Of a stretch of 64,000 bases of DNA, positions 37,855 through 45,605 are shown in pieces. The notes under the pieces are model-generated. The model worked only from the letters and a program-made list of their open reading frames with translations, ran no database searches and was not told the DNA's origin. Each line of letters opens with the position of its first letter. Positions within the stretch are counted from its first letter, which is position 1. Location of the stretch: contig OZ245033.1 of the NCBI GenBank assembly GCA_965224025.1, positions 1,344,001 to 1,408,000 on the forward strand, read 5' to 3'. The translations under genes and the position numbers were made by a program. Origin of the DNA: Candidatus Multivorans sp. (lineage in GTDB: Bacteria > Acidobacteriota > Thermoanaerobaculia > Multivoradales > Multivoraceae).

Positions 37855-39171
37855 CTACGGCGCCAGCTCCTTGGCGGCCCAGGCCTCCAGGGCTTGCCGG
37901 GCGCGGCCCGCGTAGGCGGCGCGTCGCTGTCGCCGCGGTATCCGTCCGGCGAGCGGTTCGAGCAGGCCGTAGTTGATGTTCGTGGGTTGGTAGCGCTTCG
38001 GGTTCGACTCGGTCAGGTGCCTGGCCAGGGCTCCCAGCGCCGTCGTGTCGGGTAGCGGAGGCGGCTGACGGTGCTTGTCCTGGAGCAAGACGTAGAGCGC
38101 CGCGGCCAGCCCGGTGGCCGCCGACTCGAGGTAGCCCTCGACGCCGGTCAACTGTCCGACCAGCCTCAGGTTCGGTCGGGCCGCGATGCGGTACCAGCGG
38201 TCCAGGTGGAGCGGTGCGTTGATGAACGTGTTGCGATGCACCTGGCCGTAGCGGACGAAACGGGCAGATTCCAGGCCCGGAAGGGTGCGCAGGACACGGC
38301 GCTGCTCGGGCCAGGTCATCCGCGACTGGAAGCCGACCAGGTTGTACTGGCTGCGGGCGAGGTCCTCCTGCCGGAGCTGGACGACGGCATGGGGACGTTT
38401 CCCCTCCGGGGTCACAAGACCGACCGGCTTCATCGGCCCAAAGCGCAGGGTGTCCTCGCCTCGGCGGGCGAGTTCCTCGATCGGCAAACAGCCCTCGAAG
38501 AACAGGGGCCGCTCGAACTCGCGCAACTCGATCGTGTCCGCCTCGAGCAACCGGCGATGGAAGCGCCGGTACTCCGCCTCATCGAGCGGACAGTTCAGGT
38601 AGTCGTCGCCTCCCTTGCCGTAGCGGGAAGCCCGGAACAGCAGGTCGTTGTCCAGACTGTCACCCGTGACGATCGGGGCAATCGCGTCGTAGAAGTAGAG
38701 ATGGTCCGCGCCAATCAGTTGCTCGAGCTCCCGCGTCAGCGCTTCGGAGGTCAGCGGTCCGGTCGCGATCACGCAGTCGCATTCGTCTGGCGCCGGCAGC
38801 GCGGTCAACTCCTCGCGCCGCAGTTCGATCAGCGGATGCCCTTCGATCGCCGCTGTCACGGCGGCGGCGAACCCGGCGCGGTCCACGGCCAGCGCGCCGC
38901 CGGCCGGGACCGCGTTGCTTCTCGCGGCGGCGATGATCAGCGAATCGAAGCGCTCCATCTCCCGTTTGAGAAGTCCCGCGGCATGGTGCGGGTCGTCGCT
39001 GCGCAGCGAGTTCGAGCACACGAGTTCGGCGAGATCGCTGCCGGCGTGCGCCGGCGTGGAGCGCTGCGGCCGCATCTCGTACAGAGTCACGGCGCGGCCG
39101 CGGGAGGCGAGCTGGAAGGCGCACTCGCTGCCGGCGAGCCCGCCGCCAACCACTACGACGGGCGCGGTCAT
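37855..39171 (-). CDS. trmFO: tRNA (uracil-5-)-methyltransferase TrmFO
   Basis: VGGGLAGSE, ELVCSNS, AVPAGGALAVDR, YDAIAPIV, GPMKPVG, HRNTF, GVEGY. Confidence 0.97.
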   Translation of the reverse strand: MTAPVVVVGGGLAGSECAFQLASRGRAVTLYEMRPQRSTPAHAGSDLAELVCSNSLRSDDPHHAAGLLKREMERFDSLIIAAARSNAVPAGGALAVDRAGFAAAVTAAIEGHPLIELRREELTALPAPDECDCVIATGPLTSEALTRELEQLIGADHLYFYDAIAPIVTGDSLDNDLLFRASRYGKGGDDYLNCPLDEAEYRRFHRRLLEADTIELREFERPLFFEGCLPIEELARRGEDTLRFGPMKPVGLVTPEGKRPHAVVQLRQEDLARSQYNLVGFQSRMTWPEQRRVLRTLPGLESARFVRYGQVHRNTFINAPLHLDRWYRIAARPNLRLVGQLTGVEGYLESAATGLAAALYVLLQDKHRQPPPLPDTTALGALARHLTESNPKRYQPTNINYGLLEPLAGRIPRRQRRAAYAGRARQALEAWAAKELAP

Positions 39172-39199
39172 CGGTGCATCATGGCAAGTGGCCGCCGGC

Positions 39200-39227
39200 T
39201 TGACAAGGTTCACCGCTCTACTAAGGT
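39200..39227 (+). promoter_or_regulatory. Putative sigma70 promoter of topA
   Basis: TTGACA (39200-39205), 16-nt spacer, TAAGGT (39222-39227), 11 nt before the ATG. Confidence 0.6.
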
Positions 39228-39238
39228 GGCCCGCGCGC

Positions 39239-41920
39239 ATGGCTAACTCTCTCGTCATCGTCGAGTCGCCGGCCAAGGCCCGGACGATCGAGCGCTACCT
39301 CGGTCCCGGCTACAAGGTCGAGTCCTCGATCGGCCACATCAGGGACCTGCCGCGGACCGCTGCCGAGGTGCCGCAGAAATACCGGGGGCGCCCCTGGGCG
39401 CGTCTGGGCGTCGATGTCGAAGGCGGGTTCGATCCCCTGTACGTGATCCCCAGCGAGAAGCGAGGTCAGATCACCAAGCTTCGGAGCGCGCTGCGCGGCG
39501 CCGACGAGCTGGTGCTCGCAACCGATGAGGACCGCGAGGGCGAAGCGATCGCGTGGCACCTCCAGGAGGTGCTGCGTCCCAAGGTGCCGGTGCGGCGAAT
39601 GGTCTTCCACGAGATCACGAAGTCCGCCGTCGAGGCGGCGCTGGGCGACACCCGGGAGATAGACCGCCGCCTTGTCGACGCCCAGGAGGCGAGGCGGGTG
39701 CTCGACCGGCTCTATGGCTACGAGGTCTCGCCTGTCTTGTGGAAGAAGGTTCAGCCGCGGCTTTCGGCGGGCCGCGTTCAGTCGGTGGCGACCCGGATCG
39801 TGGTCGAGCGGGAGCGCGAACGGATGGCCTTCGTTGCCGCCGACTACTGGACCGTGGAAGTGGAGCTTGAAACGGAGGACGGCGAGGCAAAGCGCTTCCC
39901 GGCCCGCGTGTCGGCTCTGGACGGCAGGGCTCTGGCGCGCGGGCGCGATTTCGACCGGAACACCGGCAAGCTGAAGACCGCCGCCCACCTCCTGCTGGAG
40001 GCCGAGGCCGGCAAGCTGGGACGCGAGCTGCCGGCGACGCGGCCGGTGGTCTCCGAGGTCAGGGAGCAGCCGTTCACCCGCCGGCCGTACGCGCCCTTCA
40101 TCACCTCGACCCTGCAGCAGGAGGCCGCGAGGAAGCTCCGGTTCACCGCGCAGCGGACGATGAGGGTGGCCCAGGGTCTGTACGAGAACGGCTACATCAC
40201 CTACATGCGGACGGACTCGACCGCGCTTTCGGGCCAGGCGATCGCCGCCGCGCGGCGGCAGATCGTCGAACTCTACGGGTCCGAGTATGCGCCGGAGAAG
40301 CCGCGCTTCTACGCCGGGAGGGCGAACGCCCAGGAGGCGCACGAGGCCATCCGGCCGGCGGGAACGGACTTTCGGACGCCGAAGCAGGTCAGCGGGAGCC
40401 TGGACCGCGACGCCCTCCGCCTCTACGAGTTGATCTGGAAACGGACACTGGCGTCCCAGATGAAGGACGCGAAGGGGACGAGCACCCGCGTCCTCCTCTC
40501 GACGTCCACGCCGTCGGCGGACGCCGTGGGGCTGACCGCCTCCGGCCGCGTGCTTCGCTTTGCCGGGTTTCTGCGGGTCTACGTGGAGAGTCGGGACGAT
40601 CCGAAGGCGCGAGCGGAAGACGAGGAGCGCTTTCTGCCGGCGCTTCGCCAGGGCCAGTCGGTTGGCGTGGCAAGCGCCGAGCCGAAGGGGCATACGACCC
40701 AGCCGCCGGCGCGGTACACCGAAGCCAGCCTGGTGCGGGAGTTGGAAGAGCAGGGTGTTGGGCGGCCGTCGACCTACGCCGCCATCCTTCAGACGATTGT
40801 CGACCGGGGATACGTCTGGAAGAAGGGCTCGGCCCTGGTGCCGACGTTCCTCGCCTTTGCCGTCACGCGGCTGCTCGAAGAGCACCTGGGAGATCTCGTG
40901 GACCTCGACTTCACGGCGCGCATGGAGAACGACCTGGACGAGATCGCCGGCGGCGTCCGCGAAGCGAAGCCCTGGTTGCGTAACTTCTACTACGGCCCCG
41001 AGAAGGGTGCGGCCGGCGATGGACGCCGGGGTCTTCAGTCCATGGTGGGCGAGGGTGTGGACGGCATCGACGCCAGGGCGGTCTGTTCATTGCGTCTGGG
41101 GAAGAACGAGGAGGGCCGGGAGGTGGTCGTTCGCGTCGGCCGCTACGGCACCTACCTGCAGGCCGGCGATGACGGGCAGCGTGTCTCGATCGAGGACAAC
41201 GTGCCGCCGGATGAGGTCACTCTCGAACACGCGTTGGAGCTGCTCCAGGGTGCGTCCGAGCAGAGTGGTCCGCTCGGACTCCATCCGGAGACGGGCGAGC
41301 CGATCTACGCCAAGACGGGTCGGTACGGCGACTACGTCCAGTTGGGCGATCCGAGCCCGGAGAAAAAGGGCCGCAAGCGGTCCGCGAAGGCGGCCAAGCC
41401 CAAGATGGCCAGCCTGTGGCCGTCCATGGACCGCACCAATCTGACGCTGGACGAGGCTGTCCTGGTGCTTTCGTTTCCGCGTGAACTCGGCGACCACCCG
41501 GACACCGGTGAGCCGGTCACCGTGCAGGATGGACGTTTCGGTCCCTACGTTCGCAGCGGTAAGGAGAGTCGCAGCCTGGAAGGCCACGAACAGTTGGCGA
41601 CCGTGACTCTGGAGCAGGCGCTTGGACTCCTGCGTCAGCCCAAGCGCCGGCGCGGCGCCTCGACGTCGGTGCTCAGGGACCTGGGAGAGCATCCCGAGAG
41701 TGGCCTCGAACTCTCAGTGAAGAAGGGGCGTTTTGGGCCCTACGTGACCGACGGTCAGGTCAACGCATCGGTACCCAAGGGCAGAGAGCCGCAGGAGGTC
41801 GGTTTGGAAGAAGCGGTCAGGTTGTTGGCGGCGCGGGAAGAGGGGCTCCGCGCGCAGGGCAAGGATCCAAGAGCGCCAAAGGGACGGCCGTCTCACAAGC
41901 GCCGTCGGGTGAGAAAGTAG
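39239..41920 (+). CDS. topA: Type IA DNA topoisomerase I with Toprim_C-type repeats, no zinc fingers
   Basis: LVIVESPAKA, ATDEDREGE, SAGRVQS, GYITYMRTDS, AHEAIRP, GRPSTYA; four GRYG/GRFGPYV repeats. Confidence 0.97.
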   Translation: MANSLVIVESPAKARTIERYLGPGYKVESSIGHIRDLPRTAAEVPQKYRGRPWARLGVDVEGGFDPLYVIPSEKRGQITKLRSALRGADELVLATDEDREGEAIAWHLQEVLRPKVPVRRMVFHEITKSAVEAALGDTREIDRRLVDAQEARRVLDRLYGYEVSPVLWKKVQPRLSAGRVQSVATRIVVERERERMAFVAADYWTVEVELETEDGEAKRFPARVSALDGRALARGRDFDRNTGKLKTAAHLLLEAEAGKLGRELPATRPVVSEVREQPFTRRPYAPFITSTLQQEAARKLRFTAQRTMRVAQGLYENGYITYMRTDSTALSGQAIAAARRQIVELYGSEYAPEKPRFYAGRANAQEAHEAIRPAGTDFRTPKQVSGSLDRDALRLYELIWKRTLASQMKDAKGTSTRVLLSTSTPSADAVGLTASGRVLRFAGFLRVYVESRDDPKARAEDEERFLPALRQGQSVGVASAEPKGHTTQPPARYTEASLVRELEEQGVGRPSTYAAILQTIVDRGYVWKKGSALVPTFLAFAVTRLLEEHLGDLVDLDFTARMENDLDEIAGGVREAKPWLRNFYYGPEKGAAGDGRRGLQSMVGEGVDGIDARAVCSLRLGKNEEGREVVVRVGRYGTYLQAGDDGQRVSIEDNVPPDEVTLEHALELLQGASEQSGPLGLHPETGEPIYAKTGRYGDYVQLGDPSPEKKGRKRSAKAAKPKMASLWPSMDRTNLTLDEAVLVLSFPRELGDHPDTGEPVTVQDGRFGPYVRSGKESRSLEGHEQLATVTLEQALGLLRQPKRRRGASTSVLRDLGEHPESGLELSVKKGRFGPYVTDGQVNASVPKGREPQEVGLEEAVRLLAAREEGLRAQGKDPRAPKGRPSHKRRRVRK

Positions 41921-42015
41921 GCGCCGAGGGAGCCACACTCAACCCAAGCTCGGGTGATAAGGTAAGATTATGTGCTGTTCAGGTTTGAGAGCCGAGGGGC
42001 GCGGCATGGGTTGGA

Positions 42016-42249
42016 GTGACGCAACGCTTGGTCGGCCTCCTGTCCTACATGGAGCTGACCTACGTTCTGGAAGACGACCCCGCCCGTCTTCGCTGGGATC
42101 TTGAGTCGGAACTGCCCAAGGAACTTGACGAAGCCGTGACTGACATGTTGGGGCTGCTTTGCGAGACGAGCAGGAAGCTGGCTAGGGGCCTTCGCCGAAG
42201 CCATCCCGAGCTTGCCTCCAGAGCAGGTTGCCAGAACGGCACGGCTTGA
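42016..42249 (+). CDS. Small hypothetical ORF
   Basis: 77-aa ORF with no recognisable motif. Confidence 0.3.
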   Translation: MTQRLVGLLSYMELTYVLEDDPARLRWDLESELPKELDEAVTDMLGLLCETSRKLARGLRRSHPELASRAGCQNGTA

Positions 42250-42320
42250 GCAGCGTAGAGGCCGCATGAGCAGGCGACGTGGATTCGGGAGCAGTTCTGC
42301 CCGAGATGAGGTTACGGTGT

Positions 42321-42705
42321 GAGGTATTGCCGAAAGTTGTGGATCGGCGAGTTGATCAGGCAGCGTTCCTGACCTGAGTTCCGTTGGTGAATGGTACTCC
42401 TTCTCTGACCGGAGCGACGAGGCGTGGTGCGGTGACTCGCCGCCAGCGTTTCTGCGCCATGTCGAGCAGTTTGAAGGTCATGAGGAGGGCCTTCGTCCGC
42501 GAGCCGGCGCCCTTGGTGACTCGCTGACGTAACCGGACGGTGGCAAGCGTCGATTCGATCGCGTTGGTAGTCCGCAGATGCTGCCAGTGATCGGCCGGAA
42601 GTCGAAGAAGCTGAGCAGGCTGTCCTCGTCCCGCCGCAGCGACTCGACCGCCTTCGGGTATCTGGGGCCGTAGTCTGAAGCGAAGCGCTCGATCGCTCTC
42701 TTCGA
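42321..42705 (-). pseudogene. IS256-family transposase 3' remnant (frameshifted) with terminus
   Basis: YPKAVESL..LLSFFDF, then HWQHLRTTNAIES..TVRLRQRVTKGAGSR..FKLLDMAQKRWRR; end atccacaactttcggcaatacctc. Confidence 0.85.
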
Positions 42706-42769
42706 TGTGAAGTCGTTCCGCTGGTTTCCCACATGAACGGAATACTGACGAACTTGCCCGAAACCGTCA

Positions 42770-42794
42770 GCCCATGTCGGAGACACTACACTAG
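42770..42794 (+). mobile_element. Orphan IS630-like terminus
   Basis: tcggagacactacactag resembles IS630-family ends; no transposase adjacent. Confidence 0.45.
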
Positions 42795-43005
42795 CAACGC
42801 AACGATTCAGGCGGAGTATCTTGCCTACATGACGAAAGCTGTCGCTTGTTGCGCACCTCGGAACACGTGCCCAGACCCCCACATCCCGTGAGCGGCCATG
42901 TCGGCCCCTTCTGCCGCCTGCAGGGGAAACCCCATTTTCCGCTGACGGCCTACAGAGAACACGGTCAGGGATCAAGGTGCGGGGGATGACGGCGAAGACG
43001 GCGGG

Positions 43006-44208
43006 CTAACGCGTCGTCAACGCGTAGCTCGCGCCCGCGTAGCGACGTACCAGCCCGTCGATCTCGAGGCGAGCCAGGGTCGCCAGCACATCGGCGATCG
43101 GAAGACCCAGTCTGGACGCGAGTTCTTCGGGCGTCCGGGTGCCGCTGCGCAGCGCCACCAGAAGGCCGTCGACGTCCGAGTCTTCATCTTGCCGAGCGGC
43201 GTCGGTGCTATTGGCCCCTTCGGCGGATCGGGCCGAGGCTGGATCTTGGACCCTCGGGCGCTCCAAGGCGTCCAGGACGGCGGACGGCAGGGTTTCGAGC
43301 AGCGCATCGGGGTCCAGCGCGGGGATGGCGCCGTCCCGGAGCAGCAGGTGGGCCCCTGCCGATTCGCGGGACAGTACGGAACCGGGGACGGCATAGACCT
43401 CGCGCCCCAAGTCGAGGGCCAGCCGGGCGGTGATCAGAGAGCCCGAGCGGCTCGCGGCGCGTACGACGATCGATGCGAAACCGAGCGCCGCGATGATGCG
43501 ATTGCGGATCGGGAAGTGCCAAGGGCGCGGCTGCCAGCCGAAAGGAAACTCGCTGATCAGACAGCCGTGCCTGGCGATCTCGGCGGCGGTGCGCCTGCTG
43601 TTGCGGGGATAGTCGATGTCCAGACCGCAGCCCAGCACGGCCGCCGTGCGGCCGGTCCCCGCTCTCGCCGAGAGAGCGCTGCGATGGGCGGCCTGGTCGA
43701 TGCCGCGGGCGAACCCGGAGATGATGATCAGGCCCGCCGCGGCGAGCCGCCTGGCGAACCAATTGGCGACTTCAAGTCCATACGCGTCCGCTTTGCGTGA
43801 ACCCACGATGGCGAGGGCGGCGCCGTCTCCGAGCTTGCCCCGGATGTAGAGGACCGGCGGCGCTTGCAATCCCAGGTCGGCCAGAGGAGACGGATAGCCA
43901 GCGTCGACGAGAGTGACGATGGAGGCTCCGACCTCGCCTGCCCTCACGATCTCGGCGCCCGCGTTGTCGAGGCAGCAGCGGGCGGCGCGCAGCGTCTCCC
44001 GCACCTTGGCGACCGGCGCATCCAGACTGCCTGCTGCCTGCTCCGCGAAGTGGTCGCAGGCGAGATCCCGCTCAGCCTGCAGTCGTTGAGCGAGTGCGCA
44101 GACCAACCCCCGATCTTCGTGTACCATGTTCAGGGCGATGAGGGCTCGCCGGATCTCGTCGGGGTCGTTTTCCCGCGGGCCGCCATGGGGGACCGGTTCT
44201 TCTGCCAT
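43006..44208 (-). CDS. dprA: DNA-processing protein DprA
   Basis: YP..L..PPVLY.RG, AIVGSR, ISGFARGID, FPIRNRII, SGSLITA, C-terminal winged helix. Confidence 0.95.
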   Translation of the reverse strand: MAEEPVPHGGPRENDPDEIRRALIALNMVHEDRGLVCALAQRLQAERDLACDHFAEQAAGSLDAPVAKVRETLRAARCCLDNAGAEIVRAGEVGASIVTLVDAGYPSPLADLGLQAPPVLYIRGKLGDGAALAIVGSRKADAYGLEVANWFARRLAAAGLIIISGFARGIDQAAHRSALSARAGTGRTAAVLGCGLDIDYPRNSRRTAAEIARHGCLISEFPFGWQPRPWHFPIRNRIIAALGFASIVVRAASRSGSLITARLALDLGREVYAVPGSVLSRESAGAHLLLRDGAIPALDPDALLETLPSAVLDALERPRVQDPASARSAEGANSTDAARQDEDSDVDGLLVALRSGTRTPEELASRLGLPIADVLATLARLEIDGLVRRYAGASYALTTR

Positions 44209-44285
44209 CGCTTGTCTCCCTCGCTGGATCGACGTGTCGTGTCGGCTGAAATCAGCGTTCAGAGACTGAGACGGATTCCGGGCCC

Positions 44286-44876
44286 GTGATCTATACTCGA
44301 TTGGTGACGCGCACCGCTCAATGTCTGCCGCGCGTTCTGCCGTTGATCGTCGGCCTGCTCCTGGTGACAGCGTCCGGCACTGCCGAGGCGCAGAAGCGCA
44401 AGGTGACTCCTGAGGCGCGGCAGCAGTGGGAGTTCGGCATCGACATGGCCAAACGCGGTCTCTGGAGCGAGGCTCTGTTCCGGTTCGAGCAGGCTCGGCG
44501 AATGGAACCGGAACATCCCAAGATCCTGAGCAACATCGCGGTGGCTCACGAGGCGTTGGGCCTGTTCGAGGAGGCCCTGAACTACTATCAACAGGCGCTG
44601 AGACTGGCGCCCCGCGAACGTGACGTGCGCCGGAACTACTCGCGCTTCGTCGAGTACTACCAGAACTTCCGAGGCGAACCTGCCGACGAAGAACCGGGGG
44701 CGGGAGGCCCGGCGGCAGAGCCGGGGTTGCGCAACGGCAGCCCGGGTACTCCCGCGGCTGAAGGTCCGCGGGCGTCTAATGGACGTTCTCCGGGTGTCGC
44801 GGCAACCTCCGGTGTCGCTGTGACCATGGAACAGTTCTTGCATGACGAGTCTGGGCGTGATGAAACGCGGCCGTAG
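44286..44876 (+). CDS. Exported tetratricopeptide-repeat protein
   Basis: Signal peptide; GLWSEALFRFEQA..P.HPKILSNIAVAHEALG.FEEA..YQQAL..P; low-complexity tail. Confidence 0.85.
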   Translation: MIYTRLVTRTAQCLPRVLPLIVGLLLVTASGTAEAQKRKVTPEARQQWEFGIDMAKRGLWSEALFRFEQARRMEPEHPKILSNIAVAHEALGLFEEALNYYQQALRLAPRERDVRRNYSRFVEYYQNFRGEPADEEPGAGGPAAEPGLRNGSPGTPAAEGPRASNGRSPGVAATSGVAVTMEQFLHDESGRDETRP

Positions 44877-45585
44877 ATTCCCGGCAGTCGCTGCCCTGGC
44901 CGGTTTCCTTGCTGGCTTCGGGAGCTTGTTCACGCCTGCTCCCGCGGCCGCCGAGGGCACGGTGGAGGTGCGGCTCAAGCTGCCGATGCGGGCACGGATC
45001 GACCTCGCCGGCCGCAACACCCTGCTGCCGGCGCCCTTCCTGGTCGTCAGCCAGGAAGGCGAGGGCCGGATCGAAGGCACGGATATCGACGTGCAGGGAG
45101 AGTTCGAGCGCTACCTGAACAAGGTTCTCCGCCGGGAGACGGACCTGCGGATCGTCGAGGCCGGCCGCATCGACTACCCGACCTACGACTTGGAGATGCT
45201 GGCGCGTGACGAGGACTTCTGGCGCAGTCTGGGTGAACGGACGCAGGCAGACCTGATCCTTGCCGGCACCCTGGACTTCGATATCCAGGACCGATCCGGC
45301 TACCGGACAGAGGAGTACACGTCGCCCTTCGACGGCCGCACCATGTATCGCCAGGTGCTCGTCGAACAGACGGGATTTGAGTACGACATCGTCGTCATGG
45401 TCTTCGACGGCAAGACCGGCGAACAGATCTACAACGACAACTTCAAGGACTTCAAGAGCTTCGAGGGCGAGCAGGCGGATCCGCTGCAGGGCATGTTCGA
45501 GAACCTGTACGCGCTCGAGGACCGCATTCTCGGCGTCTTCACGCAGAAGGACATCGAAGTAGCGCGCGTGATCTTCACGCCCTGA
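44860..45585 (+). CDS. Exported hypothetical protein (possibly CsgG/TolB_N-like fold)
   Basis: Signal peptide ending APAAA; LGERTQADLILAGTL motif; strong codon bias. Confidence 0.75.
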   Translation: MKRGRRFPAVAALAGFLAGFGSLFTPAPAAAEGTVEVRLKLPMRARIDLAGRNTLLPAPFLVVSQEGEGRIEGTDIDVQGEFERYLNKVLRRETDLRIVEAGRIDYPTYDLEMLARDEDFWRSLGERTQADLILAGTLDFDIQDRSGYRTEEYTSPFDGRTMYRQVLVEQTGFEYDIVVMVFDGKTGEQIYNDNFKDFKSFEGEQADPLQGMFENLYALEDRILGVFTQKDIEVARVIFTP

Positions 45586-45605
45586 GGCCTCAGGGGGAGG
45601 AGCTA

